Shown: piece by piece, positions 1 through 9,275 of the stretch | Layout: each line of letters begins with the position of its first letter | Numbering within the stretch: the stretch's first letter is position 1 | Assembly (NCBI GenBank): GCA_029858555.1 | Contig: JAOUEU010000002.1 | Coordinates: 1 to 41,918 of the forward strand | Source: Candidatus Zixiibacteriota bacterium | Lineage (GTDB): Bacteria; Zixibacteria; MSB-5A5; GN15; FEB-12 | Direction: 5' to 3' | Length of the DNA stretch: 41,918 nucleotides | Program-made: the position numbers and the translations under genes | The notes under the pieces: model-generated | What the model was told of the DNA's origin: nothing | The model's database searches: none | What the model saw: only the letters and a program-made list of their open reading frames with translations

Positions 1-498
1 TAGAGAATCCTCGCTGACCAGTGAAATAAGAGAATCCAGATCGAGCGTGTACGGCGAAGGAGGGACAAAAGCTGCGGCCGGCTCTCGATAAGTGATTCTG
101 GTCCGAACTACGTCAACAGGGATTAGTCCCGGCTGGCCGGGCATGGCCGAGAGCACTTCCCGGTCGACACGGTAAATCCTCAAGTTGTCCTCTTCGAATA
201 ACAAAGGATAAAGGCCGACATTCTGCCGGTCGAGACGGAGATCGAAAGCCATCTGGTCTTTCTCCACACCGGTTGCCACAACAGTATATGCCAGACCGCT
301 TTCGGCCAGTCGCCGGGCTGCCTCGGCATCGGCCAGGACCAGGTAACCGTTCTGTACCGACGTCACAGGATCCGCGCCGGTAGCCTGTAGTCTGGCGGCC
401 TCGTCGGCACTACCGACCTCGACGCGGTACAGGTCACCGGCGAGCGCTGCAAATGGAAATGTCATGATTAACGTCATCAGAACTAATAGCTTTTTCAC
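1..498 (-). CDS. Exported protein of unknown function, N-terminal part only (gene runs off the left edge of the window)
   Basis: Absent from the ORF track because no stop lies in the window. My minus-strand translation is open for all 166 codons from GTG at 498-496 to base 1. GGAGG lies at 511-507, 8 nt upstream. The product starts VKKLLVLMTLIMTFPFAALAGDLYRVEVGS, a classical signal peptide. Confidence 0.6.
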   Translation of the reverse strand, partial: MKKLLVLMTLIMTFPFAALAGDLYRVEVGSADEAARLQATGADPVTSVQNGYLVLADAEAARRLAESGLAYTVVATGVEKDQMAFDLRLDRQNVGLYPLLFEEDNLRIYRVDREVLSAMPGQPGLIPVDVVRTRITYREPAAAFVPPSPYTLDLDSLISLVSEDSL

Positions 499-730
499 CG
501 AACAGACCTCCTATCGACCTCAACACCTCTCCTGTGAGATTGATGTACACTCCGGCGTCTAGCCGGACCTGGCTGGTAAACGGATGCAGGGGTCGTCCCG
601 GTGCAAATAAGGGTCAAGGATGTCTAATACGGCGATACGACCCGTCAACTAATCATTAATATAACGCTTTTGTGATAATGGTCAAGGCGTATTGGCGACC
701 GTTGATATGGCCTCGTATCGCGAGCGCCGC

Positions 731-1903
731 TTATTCCCGCTCGAGCTTGTCCTGCAAACGCGACAATTCTCTGACGTAATAGCGGTTTTCCGGACTCTCC
801 TCCCGGGCCATCGTGACCAGCCGGATAGCTTCTTCGATGAAGCCCCGATTTTCACGTAGTTCAGCCAGGGTATGCAGAGCCATCGCCTTGAATCTTCCCG
901 GCGAGGCCGACCCTATGGCCGCTCGAAGGTAATGCTCGCTCTGTTCCAGGTTGACCCGTCTCTGGAAACACCAGCGCCCCACGACGAAGAGTTTCTTGGG
1001 ATCACTCTCCCATGCCGGCCCCTGGCTCTCTTTGACCTGCCGCAGCGCCTCGGCCGTGTCACCGCTGACATAGAGCGTCAGGTCGGCGGTGAAAATATCG
1101 CGCGCCTGTCGATTTTGCTCGTTTTGGCTGGAAACGGTGGCATCGAGGCCGGCTTTCAGGTATCGGGGCAACTCTTCGAGGCGGTTTTTCTTCCTGGCGA
1201 GCGAGCCGAACATCTGTACGGCTTTCACGATATTGTCTTTGTTGCGTCCCGAAAGCACCCTCTCCGCCGCCGGATGAATCTTTTGGAACGGAAGCAGATC
1301 GTCCCAGACGGCGCTGGCGGTGTTGGTGAATATCTGGTAGGCGTAATCCAGCTTGCCGCCCCGGGCGAGATCCTCCGCTTGCCGGTAATACTCGATGGCC
1401 GCAAGGTAATCGTTGATGTCGGCATGGTACTTGGCCAGAACGAGAACATCTCGCAAGACCGGCCTCGCCCGGCAACGCGCGACCCTCTCCTCAATTGTTG
1501 TCAAATCGCGCAGCGCGCCATTCAGGGCGGCGATAAAGCGCTTCGACCCGGTGTAGCCCGTCCACTGGGTAATGACACTGCCGGTGCTGTCGGTCAATAC
1601 GTAAACGGGGAAGGTGTTGCCGATGTGGTAATGCTCCGACAACGCCACACCCTCGCCGTCCGCAATGTTCAGCGGCAGATGCACCACGGCCTGTAGGGCG
1701 CCGATGATGTCATCTTCCGTGGCCGCTTCCCGAGCGGCCTGCTGGCAATACTGTCAGTCGCTGACCACGAACTCCAGCAGAATGGGCTTGCCACGCGTGG
1801 CCGACAGCCCTTTGGCCTCCTCCAGCGTCTCGACGTCCTGCCCCAAAGCCGCACCGGCGACCAGGGTGACAAGAAAGAACAATATCCTCCGGATTGGCTT
1901 CAT
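731..1903 (-). CDS. Exported thioredoxin-fold (Thioredoxin_7-like) protein with TPR-like helical C-terminus; predicted selenoprotein with in-frame UGA (1756-1754) as the first residue of a U-Q-Y-C redox motif
   Basis: Track ORFs 1754..1939 and 731..1687 share a frame (1939-1687 = 252 nt) and are joined by 22 open codons after a single TGA. Joined product: MKPIRRILFFLVTLVAGAALGQD (signal peptide) ...GKPILLEFVVSD-U-QYCQQAAREA...IGNTFPVYVLTD (cis-Pro region), then helical repeats. Start chosen at ATG 1903, which gives the signal peptide; ATG 1939 is also possible. Confidence 0.7.
1721..1739 (-). promoter_or_regulatory. Candidate bacterial SECIS hairpin (GGCCGC-UCGGGAA-GCGGCC) 14 nt 3' of the in-frame UGA
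   Basis: Perfect 6-bp GC stem read directly from the sequence (plus strand ggccgc ttcccga gcggcc). The 7-nt loop contains GGG, placing the loop G residues about 23-25 nt after the UGA. The UGA is followed by C. Confidence 0.5.
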
Positions 1904-2034
1904 CGTGTGTCCGGCTCTTTCGGTTTCTGAGATGCTCATGATATCATATGGTACGGAAATTTGCGGTATGCGTAAAGTTTGAAAACACCTTACCCGGGCG
2001 GTGAATCGCGCGGCGAAGCCGGATATGCCGCCGA

Positions 2035-2754
2035 CTACTGCAGATATTCCAGCGTGATTTTGCCTTCGCTCATTCGGGCATAGCTGAAGTGGTTGATGAA
2101 ATCGCCGGTGTTGATATAGACGCCATCCTCATGCTCGGTATAAACGGGTATGTGCAGATGCCCGATGGCTACGACGTCGTAACCTTCTTTGAGCTTTCGC
2201 CGGGCATATCTGGTGTAGTCCTCCGCGAACCTTCGGTCGCGCCGGGAGGTGTAATTGCGCGATGACCCCGAAACATATTTAGCCAGAGGCATCGCCCAAT
2301 CCGGGGTCAGCTTGCGGTAAAGCCAGATATTGAGCGGGCTGCGAAGGATTCTTTTCAGAAGGCGGTAGCCCCGGTCGGCCCGGGCCAGCCCGTCGCCGTG
2401 GATCAGGTGAAGTCGCCGGCCGTCGTAGTCGAGGTCCAGAAAATCGCGGTGCAGCGATATCTGCATCTGCGTGGAGAAAAAATCCCCCAGCCAGAAATCG
2501 TGGTTACCGCTGACATAATCTATTTTTATGCCGCGCCCGATAAGTTCGGTCATCATGAATAAGACACGGTGGTGCTCTTTGGGGATGGCGTGCCTGTACT
2601 CGAACCAGAAGTCGAACAGATCGCCCAGGACGATCAGGCGGTCGCCGTCGGCTTTCACACGCTCGAAAAGCAAGCCGATTTTGGCAAGCTTGGCCGCCTC
2701 CGCGTCGTCGTTATCTGCGCCGAGATGAGCGTCGGAAAAAATGTACAGGGCCAT
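2035..2754 (-). CDS. lpxH: UDP-2,3-diacylglucosamine diphosphatase (LpxH-type metallophosphoesterase)
   Basis: MALYIFSDAHLG...LIVLGDLFDFWFEY...VSGNHDFWLGDFF...IGHLH are metallophosphoesterase/LpxH motifs. Start moved to ATG 2754 (AAGGGAG upstream, 13 nt after the purL stop); the 36-codon track extension is Pro/Ser-rich read-through. Confidence 0.7.
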   Translation of the reverse strand: MALYIFSDAHLGADNDDAEAAKLAKIGLLFERVKADGDRLIVLGDLFDFWFEYRHAIPKEHHRVLFMMTELIGRGIKIDYVSGNHDFWLGDFFSTQMQISLHRDFLDLDYDGRRLHLIHGDGLARADRGYRLLKRILRSPLNIWLYRKLTPDWAMPLAKYVSGSSRNYTSRRDRRFAEDYTRYARRKLKEGYDVVAIGHLHIPVYTEHEDGVYINTGDFINHFSYARMSEGKITLEYLQ

Positions 2755-2767
2755 CGTCGGAACTCCC

Positions 2768-5026
2768 TTACTGGATGGCGGTGGCGACGGTGCCGGATTC
2801 CATGAAATGATGCATGGAATCGAAGTAAGCGGACCGCAGTCTGTCGAGAGGAGCGTCCACAAGGCCGTTAATGTGCAATCGCCCGCCGCCGACCAGGCCG
2901 ATCTGCGCGCATGGTACGCCTCTGCTGTCGAGATAATCCAGGACCTCCCGGGCCTTGTCCGCTGCGCAACTGATTATCACCCGCGACTGTGTCTCCCCGA
3001 AAAGCAGGCAGTCGGGACGGATATCATCGGACAGACTGATATCTGCGCCCAGCATCGACTCCGGGTTGGAGATGCAGCATTCCGCCAGCGCCACCGCCAG
3101 ACCGCCTTCGGAGCAATCGTGAGCCGAACTGACCAGCCCGGAGCGTATGAGATGCCACAGGCTTGACTGCAGTTCCTTCTCGAACTCGAGATCAAGGACC
3201 GGCACGGGTCCCTTGGTCTGCTTATAGACCGTGTGAAGGTATTCCGATGCACCCAGTTCTTCCGTGTTCCGGCCGATAAGCACGACGGCGTCACGTTCTT
3301 GTTTGAACCACTGGCAGGTAATGTGGTCGATATCGTCAATCAGTCCGAGCATGCCGATTACCGGTGACGGAAAGACGGCCCGTTCGGGGTCTTCGTTATA
3401 GAACGAGACATTGCCGCCCGTGACCGGGGTCTCGAAGACCCGGCAGGCCTCGCCCATACCGGCGACGGCTTCCGCAAAGCCGTAATATATCTCCGGCTTA
3501 TAGGGGTTGCCGAAATTGAGGCAATTGGTAACGGCCAGGGGTTTGCCGCCCGAACAGACGATATTACGGGCCGCTTCGGCCACGGCGCTTCTTGCTCCCT
3601 GTCGCGGGTCGGTATAGCAGTAGCGCCCGTTGCAGTCAGTAGTGAGGGCCAGCGCCTTGCGGGACTTGCGCACCCGGAGTACCGCGGCATCGGAACCCGG
3701 ACCGACGGCGGTATTCGTGCGCACCATCGAGTCGTACTGGTCGAACACCCATCCCTTGTGGCAGATGTTAGGCGCCGCCAGCATCGTCACGAGCACATCG
3801 TTCCAGTTTTTATCAAGAGAGTAATTATCGACGTTGATTTTCTGCAGCTCATCCATGTAGGCCGGGCGCCGCGTCTCGCGACGGTATACCGGAGCGCCGC
3901 CGCCCAGAACCAGCACGTCTGAGGGAATCTGTGAAACCACCTGGCCATTGAGCCTGGCCGTCATCAAACCATCGTCGGTAACCTCGCCGATAATAGTCGA
4001 GTCCAGACCCCACTTGTCAAAAATCTCCGTCACCCGCGCTTCGTTGCCTTTCCTGACACATACCAGCATGCGTTCCTGGGATTCCGAAAGAAGAATCTCG
4101 TAAGGAATCATGCCGGTCTCGCGAACGGGCACTTTCTCGATGTCCAGAAGCACTCCCGACTTCCCCTTGGCCGACATCTCCGAGGACGAACACGTTAACC
4201 CGGCGGCGCCCATATCCTGGATGCCCACTATCAAATCCTCTTTGATGATCTCCAGCGTCGCCTCCAGCAGCAGTTTCTCCGTGAAGGGATCGCCTATCTG
4301 GACCGACGGGCGTCTTTCCTCGGAGGCCTCGCTGAGCTCCTCGGAGGCAAAGGTGGCCCCGTGAATGCCGTCGCGGCCGGTCTTGGAGCCGACCATCATT
4401 ATCGGGTTGCCCTTGCCTTTGGCCACCGCCGAGGCCATCTCACCGGCCTTGACGATTCCCACCGCCATGGCGTTGATCAACGGGTTGCCGGTATAGGCTT
4501 CGTCGAAATAGACTTCCCCGGCGACCGTAGGCACGCCGAACGAATTGCCGTAATCACCGATACCGCGCACCACACCGTCGACGAGATACCGCACACGGGG
4601 ATTCTCCGGCGAGCCGAAACGCAACGAATTAAGCGAGGCAATGGGCCGCGCCCCCATGGTGAAAATATCGCGAAGGATACCGCCCACACCGGTGGCTGCC
4701 CCCTGGTATGGCTCCACCGCCGAAGGGTGATTGTGCGACTCGATCTTGAACACCACCGCCAGGCCGTCACCGATATCCACGGCGCCGGCGTTCTCTTCGC
4801 CGGCTTTGGCCAGAAGGTTCTCGCCCTCGCGCGGCAGGGTCTTGAGCAGGGCTATCGAGTTCTTGTAAGAGCAGTGCTCCGACCACATTACCGAGAAGAC
4901 ACCCAGCTCGGTGTAGGTCGGCTCGCGCCCCAGGATTTGCCTGATTCGGGCGTATTCCTCGTCGTTTAGACCGTGGCTTTTGACCATCTCCGGCGTGACT
5001 TCCGGCTGCTTGTAGGTATTGCTCAT
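2768..5026 (-). CDS. purL: Phosphoribosylformylglycinamidine synthase subunit PurL (FGAM synthase II)
   Basis: 752 aa. N-terminus [26 protein letters not shown] and the duplicated AIR-synthase-like domains are typical of small PurL. AAGGAG lies 5 nt upstream of ATG 5026. Confidence 0.93.
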   Translation of the reverse strand: MSNTYKQPEVTPEMVKSHGLNDEEYARIRQILGREPTYTELGVFSVMWSEHCSYKNSIALLKTLPREGENLLAKAGEENAGAVDIGDGLAVVFKIESHNHPSAVEPYQGAATGVGGILRDIFTMGARPIASLNSLRFGSPENPRVRYLVDGVVRGIGDYGNSFGVPTVAGEVYFDEAYTGNPLINAMAVGIVKAGEMASAVAKGKGNPIMMVGSKTGRDGIHGATFASEELSEASEERRPSVQIGDPFTEKLLLEATLEIIKEDLIVGIQDMGAAGLTCSSSEMSAKGKSGVLLDIEKVPVRETGMIPYEILLSESQERMLVCVRKGNEARVTEIFDKWGLDSTIIGEVTDDGLMTARLNGQVVSQIPSDVLVLGGGAPVYRRETRRPAYMDELQKINVDNYSLDKNWNDVLVTMLAAPNICHKGWVFDQYDSMVRTNTAVGPGSDAAVLRVRKSRKALALTTDCNGRYCYTDPRQGARSAVAEAARNIVCSGGKPLAVTNCLNFGNPYKPEIYYGFAEAVAGMGEACRVFETPVTGGNVSFYNEDPERAVFPSPVIGMLGLIDDIDHITCQWFKQERDAVVLIGRNTEELGASEYLHTVYKQTKGPVPVLDLEFEKELQSSLWHLIRSGLVSSAHDCSEGGLAVALAECCISNPESMLGADISLSDDIRPDCLLFGETQSRVIISCAADKAREVLDYLDSRGVPCAQIGLVGGGRLHINGLVDAPLDRLRSAYFDSMHHFMESGTVATAIQ

Positions 5027-5163
5027 TGATACTCCTTCGCATCAAAACGAGAATATAGGCCCCCATCGGGCGGCGGTCAAATGATATGTCAGCGAAAATA
5101 CTGCGGCGGGTCTTCCACGCCGGCGGCGCCCCTGATGCCGGCCGCCACAGGTCATAAACCGGC

Positions 5164-6363
5164 TTAAAAGGACAGACTCATCTTGCCGTATTCGGTGTTG
5201 TCGACAGCGCTGCCGTCCTTGTCCCATTTGGCGTAGTCGTATGAAAAGTCAAGGTGATCCAACACATATGCCACGATCGGATTGGGTGTCTCGATCTGGT
5301 TCAGCGCTCTCAACAGGCCTAATATACCTCTCAGCCGGAACCCGTAGCCGGAGGTGCTGACTGTCTCGTCGTCGAAAGCTCGCTCGTAATCCCCGCTGCG
5401 ATAATAGAAGAAACCGAAAAGGCCCAACTCGATGCCCTTGCTTTTCGTCTTATAGGAACGCCTGACCAGGTCTCGTTCCGTTTCCTCGGAATACCTGATA
5501 GAAACCAGGGAAGCTTCCACCAGATCCAATCCGAAGTACAAAGATGGTCCGTTGCGGCTGATCTTCGGCAGGGCGTCGGTCTGGGCGGCGTCGATATAGG
5601 CGAGATCGTCGCCGGCGTTGGCCCTGACGTGTGCAAAAGAAGGTGTCAGCTCGTACTGCAAATAACGGTCAGTGGAATTATTGAGATAAATTTTATATGG
5701 CAGCAGGTCGCGGATGGGTAACCGGACAACAAATCCCATATCGCGTGCTTTGCCCTCGGCTTCCGCCAGTCCGACTTCGGCGCCGGCCCCGGGGATCAAT
5801 AGTCGGCTTTTGATTTTCTTGTGCGTGTAACCCAGCCCCACCTTGACGTAATATTCAAACCCGATGGCGATTGAGTAGGCTTTGAAGTCGTCGTACGGAT
5901 TCACCGTTCCAATAACCTCCGGTCCAGCCGGTTCGGTAATATTGATCGTGCCCAGGTCAAACTTGGCGTAGGAGTAAGCTGCGCTCAGGGCGGCGTTGAA
6001 GCGGCTGTTCGGCCTGTTGAAAAGAAGGCGATACGATACCCCGGCGCTTATCGCCCAGGTTTTGAAGCGGACGTCGTCCACAAGCTCCGGCAGCCAACGC
6101 GTTTTGTTAGGCAGCGACAGCGCAAAGACCCTGTCGAGGTGGAAAAGGCCCAATCCGGCCGGATTGTACAGAACCGACTGCTCGTCGGCAAGATTAGCTA
6201 CACATCCTCCCATACCGTTAGCCCGTGGCGAGTTGATCGCGGTTAGAAACAGCACGGCGGTGGGCATGATATCCCCCTCTCGCGGTTGTGCCGTTCCTGC
6301 GAACAGGGCTATGCCTGCAATGGCAACGCCCGGCCATATACGAAACTTCGAGACAAGGCGCAT
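5164..6363 (-). CDS. PorV/PorQ-family-like outer-membrane beta-barrel protein
   Basis: Signal peptide, then FLTAINSPRANGMGGCVANLADEQSVLYNPAGLG, which resembles the conserved N-terminal motif of PorV/PorQ-type barrels. Alternating beta-strand pattern and C-terminal aromatic residue (..MSLSF). AGGAGG lies 7 nt upstream of the ATG. Confidence 0.5.
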   Translation of the reverse strand: MRLVSKFRIWPGVAIAGIALFAGTAQPREGDIMPTAVLFLTAINSPRANGMGGCVANLADEQSVLYNPAGLGLFHLDRVFALSLPNKTRWLPELVDDVRFKTWAISAGVSYRLLFNRPNSRFNAALSAAYSYAKFDLGTINITEPAGPEVIGTVNPYDDFKAYSIAIGFEYYVKVGLGYTHKKIKSRLLIPGAGAEVGLAEAEGKARDMGFVVRLPIRDLLPYKIYLNNSTDRYLQYELTPSFAHVRANAGDDLAYIDAAQTDALPKISRNGPSLYFGLDLVEASLVSIRYSEETERDLVRRSYKTKSKGIELGLFGFFYYRSGDYERAFDDETVSTSGYGFRLRGILGLLRALNQIETPNPIVAYVLDHLDFSYDYAKWDKDGSAVDNTEYGKMSLSF

Positions 6364-6458
6364 GTCTGACCCTCCTGAAAGTCAAGGCTGTTCGATGTTG
6401 ACCCTGCTTCGGCAGAGGCCCGATAATGGATAATGTCTGCCCTTATATTCTCGGTCGC

Positions 6459-6487
6459 ATTATATGTGCGCAGACAGCGTACGTCAA
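6459..6487 (-). promoter_or_regulatory. Sigma70-like promoter for the outer-membrane protein gene (TTGACG-17 nt-TATAAT)
   Basis: On the minus strand, TTGACG (6487-6482), an exact 17-nt spacer and consensus TATAAT (6464-6459), about 95 nt upstream of ATG 6363. Confidence 0.5.
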
Positions 6488-6518
6488 CCGTTTTACCGAA
6501 GGTCCCGGCTTTACAGTG

Positions 6519-7172
6519 TCACTTGACCGGCGCCGAAGGGCATAACTTGTTGAGGAAACAGGAGCCGCAGTCGGGCCTGCGGGCTTTGCAGAGAGTGCGG
6601 CCGTGCTCAATCAAAAGATGCGAATAAGCAATCCAATCCTTTTTGGGAATAATTGCCATCAGGTCTTTTTCGACTCTTACGGCGTCTTTGTGCCCGGTAA
6701 AACCCAGTAGTCGGCTGATGCGCGCGACGTGCGTGTCGACCACAATGCCCTCGGCTAGGCCGAACCCCGCGCCCAGAATGACCGAACCGGTCTTTCGGCC
6801 CACACCGTTCAGTTCGACGAGTTCGTCAAGCGTCGCGGGCATCGCGCCGCCGTGCCGCTCGAGCAGTTGCTGCGCAGATGTTTTTATTGCCCTTGCCTTG
6901 GCGTTGTGAAAACCGGTGGAGTAGATGTCCCGGCCGAGTTCCTCGACGTGAGCCTCCGCAAAATCCTTGACCGATTTGTACTTTTTGAAAAGCCCCGGTG
7001 TCACCTTATTGACTCTTTCATCGGTGCACTGGGCCGACAGGATGGTGGCCACCATCAACTGGTGTATCGATTTAAAGTCAAGGGTGCACCCGGCCTGCGG
7101 ATAGTTTTCTTTCAACAGACTGACCGTCTTCCGGGCGCGTGCTTTGATGTTGTCGCTTTTCGGTATTGCCAT
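6519..7172 (-). CDS. nth: Endonuclease III (DNA glycosylase/AP lyase)
   Basis: HhH-GPD core (LVELNGVGRKTGSVIL, VDTHV) and C-terminal 4Fe-4S cluster CKARRPDCGSCFLNKLC. ATG 7172 lies 6 nt after the prmC stop; the track start 7181 is a TTG. Confidence 0.9.
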   Translation of the reverse strand: MAIPKSDNIKARARKTVSLLKENYPQAGCTLDFKSIHQLMVATILSAQCTDERVNKVTPGLFKKYKSVKDFAEAHVEELGRDIYSTGFHNAKARAIKTSAQQLLERHGGAMPATLDELVELNGVGRKTGSVILGAGFGLAEGIVVDTHVARISRLLGFTGHKDAVRVEKDLMAIIPKKDWIAYSHLLIEHGRTLCKARRPDCGSCFLNKLCPSAPVK

Positions 7173-7177
7173 GGCCG

Positions 7178-8092
7178 TCAATCACAGGACAGAATCACTA
7201 CCCGCCCGATGTCGTTGAAGTCCTTGACAATGACTATCGACTGGTAGCGATCATTTTTTTCAGTCAAAGCTGTGACCTCGGCGGCCTGGCCGAGGCCAAC
7301 CTCAAACATTATCCGTCCGCCCCCGGCCAAATGCGGAGGCGCCTTTTCCAGTATGACCCTGATGGCATCCAGCCCGTCCGGTCCGGCTACCATGGCCACT
7401 TTCGGGTCGGCCTTGACCTCCGGCGGCAAGTGATCATACTCGCCGTCGCGGATGTAGGGAGGGTTGGACAGAATGAGGTCGAACTTTTCGTTTTCACCCA
7501 CGGCCGAGAAGAAATCCGAGCGGCGGAACTCGACACGGTCACTGACACCCAGGTCTGTAGCGTTCTTACGGGCTACCTCGATAGCGTCCAGCGAGATGTC
7601 GAGCGCCACAATGCGGCAGTCCTTGAGCTCCTTCGCCATCGTGAGGGCAATCACACCCGAACCCACGCCGACATCCAAAATCCGCGGGCACGTATTGCCC
7701 GCTTGCCGGGCGAAGTTGATCGCTGCTTCACACAGGCGTTCGGTCTCCGGGGTGGGCGCCATCGCGGCGGGGGAGACGTAAAACTTCCGCCCGTAGAACC
7801 AGGCTTCACCAAGGATAAACTGAAGGGGGTGGCGGGTCAGCCGCTGTTTCATTATGGCATCGAACCTGTTCAGCACCGTCCCGTCGAGCCGTTTAGAACC
7901 CTCTAAGTACAGGTTCAGGCGGTCAACGTCGAGCAGGTGGCAGAGGATCATCTCCACTTCGACCCGTCCCTGGTCGATGCCGGCTCTTTCGAGGATCGCG
8001 GCCTGGCGGCTGATGAATTGCTGGAGTTTTTCAGTCACTTGTGCCAACTGGCCCGGTTGGCCTGAAGGGTCTTCTTTGCGGCCCGATGACAT
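7178..8092 (-). CDS. prmC: Release-factor glutamine N5-methyltransferase PrmC/HemK
   Basis: SAM-binding motif ILDVGVGSGVIAL and catalytic NPPY (ILSNPPYI). Sits immediately downstream of prfA. Confidence 0.9.
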   Translation of the reverse strand: MSSGRKEDPSGQPGQLAQVTEKLQQFISRQAAILERAGIDQGRVEVEMILCHLLDVDRLNLYLEGSKRLDGTVLNRFDAIMKQRLTRHPLQFILGEAWFYGRKFYVSPAAMAPTPETERLCEAAINFARQAGNTCPRILDVGVGSGVIALTMAKELKDCRIVALDISLDAIEVARKNATDLGVSDRVEFRRSDFFSAVGENEKFDLILSNPPYIRDGEYDHLPPEVKADPKVAMVAGPDGLDAIRVILEKAPPHLAGGGRIMFEVGLGQAAEVTALTEKNDRYQSIVIVKDFNDIGRVVILSCD

Positions 8093-8114
8093 GGCGGTCC
8101 GGCTTCATAGACCA

Positions 8115-9200
8115 TCACCCGGCGGTCGACTCCTTCGCCTGAAATCTCAACCGGGATTCCTGGTCGTGCCGCTGCAGGGCATCCACCAATTCGTCAATGT
8201 GGCCCTCCAGGATGGCATCCAGCTTGTAAAGGGTCAAACCGATTCGATGGTCGGTGACACGCGACTGGGGGAAATTGTAGGTGCGGATTTTGGCCGACCG
8301 GTCGCCGGTGGACACCATGGAGCGCCGCTCGGCGGATATCTTGGCCTGCTGTGCGGCCATTTCCTTGTCGTAGAGCCGGGCCCGGAGCACCTTCATGGCC
8401 TTGTTGCGGTTTTTAATCTGGGATTTTTCGTCCTGGCAGGTCACCACCAATCCCGTCGGCAGATGCGTGATGCGCACCGCCGAGTCGGTGGTATTGACCG
8501 ACTGACCGCCCGGTCCCGAGGAACGGTACACATCAATCTTCAAATCGCTTTCCTTGATGTCGATGTCAATCTCTTCGGCTTCGGGCAGAACAGCGACGGT
8601 GACGGCGGAGGTATGGATGCGGCCCTGGGTCTCTGTCTCCGGCACCCTCTGCACCCGGTGTACCCCGGATTCAAACTTCATGGCGCCGTAGGCACCCTCG
8701 CCGGTTACCGCGAAAATGATTTCCTTGAAGCCGCCGGCCTCCGAGGGGTTTGACGAGAGGATTTCCAGCTTCCATGCCCTGGCGTCAGCCGCGCGGCTGT
8801 ACATGCGGTACAGGTCGCCGACAAACAGCCCGGCCTCGTCACCTCCGGTGCCGGCGCGTATCTCGACCACGGCCGCTTTGTCGTCATTGGGATCGTGCGG
8901 CAACAGCCTGAGCTTGAATTGTCTTTCCAGATCGTCGATTTCCGACTCGTATCGGGCCAGTTCCTCGCGGGCCATTGCAGCCAGCTCCGGATCGTCGTCG
9001 CTTTTCACGATTTCCCTGGCTTCGTCTATACCCAGTCGAGCTTCCCGGTATCTGCGACCGGCTTCGAGCATATCCAAAACCCGGCGCCGCTCCCGGTTGA
9101 GTTCGATCATCCTCTTTTGATTCGACAGGACCGCCGGATCGATCATCCGCTCCTCGATCAAACGTAACTTGTCTTCCAGTTTTGCTACTAAATCCAACAT
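8115..9200 (-). CDS. prfA: Peptide chain release factor 1
   Basis: GGQ motif ([22 protein letters not shown]) and RF1-type PxT tripeptide region [17 protein letters not shown]. 361 aa. Confidence 0.93.
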   Translation of the reverse strand: MLDLVAKLEDKLRLIEERMIDPAVLSNQKRMIELNRERRRVLDMLEAGRRYREARLGIDEAREIVKSDDDPELAAMAREELARYESEIDDLERQFKLRLLPHDPNDDKAAVVEIRAGTGGDEAGLFVGDLYRMYSRAADARAWKLEILSSNPSEAGGFKEIIFAVTGEGAYGAMKFESGVHRVQRVPETETQGRIHTSAVTVAVLPEAEEIDIDIKESDLKIDVYRSSGPGGQSVNTTDSAVRITHLPTGLVVTCQDEKSQIKNRNKAMKVLRARLYDKEMAAQQAKISAERRSMVSTGDRSAKIRTYNFPQSRVTDHRIGLTLYKLDAILEGHIDELVDALQRHDQESRLRFQAKESTAG

Positions 9201-9275
9201 TCTTTTACCTGCGCTCAGAGATTAATTGTAAATGATACCGCCTGAACAGGCAAGCAAATATGCAGGCGGCTCCGG

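Noticed and set aside
872-1696. Long antisense ORFs opposite real genes (for example 872..1696+, 7166..7906+, 7854..8753+, 9438..10097+, 20028..20969+, 23017..23691+, 27900..28625+, 29346..29984+, 31245..31853+).
   Set aside because: Their products are low-complexity and Arg/Gly/Pro/Ala-rich with no recognisable motifs. The opposite strand encodes clearly conserved proteins at each site. This is the expected stop-codon depletion artefact of GC-rich coding DNA.
1754-1756. Global reassignment of TGA (to Trp or Gly) as the explanation for the in-frame TGA.
   Set aside because: TGA cleanly terminates several well-delimited genes in the window (prmC, nth, flavoprotein, GT4, cytidylate-kinase-like). 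Trp or Gly at this position would destroy the CxxC motif, whereas Sec preserves it.
2755-2862. N-terminal extensions of track ORFs (2755-2862 lpxH, 20871-21026 MORN lipoprotein, 33274-33360 DUF4139, 11466-11564 methyltransferase, 12088-12180 flavoprotein, 30342-30356 priA, 31836-31847 TPR).
   Set aside because: The extensions overlap upstream genes or terminators and have odd composition. Internal ATG or GTG codons with Shine-Dalgarno sequences give canonical N-termini or signal peptides.
5027-5163. Possible ZTP (pfl) or purine riboswitch in the GC-rich 137-nt leader upstream of purL.
   Set aside because: I could not find the conserved GACUGGCG ... CCGGGG ... CCGCCUGGGC elements of ZTP or the purine-aptamer core. 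The local GC hairpins (such as CGGCG-9 nt-CGCCG followed by UAUUUUC) look more like a weak terminator for the upstream outer-membrane protein gene. A cmsearch with RF01750 and RF00167 would settle it.
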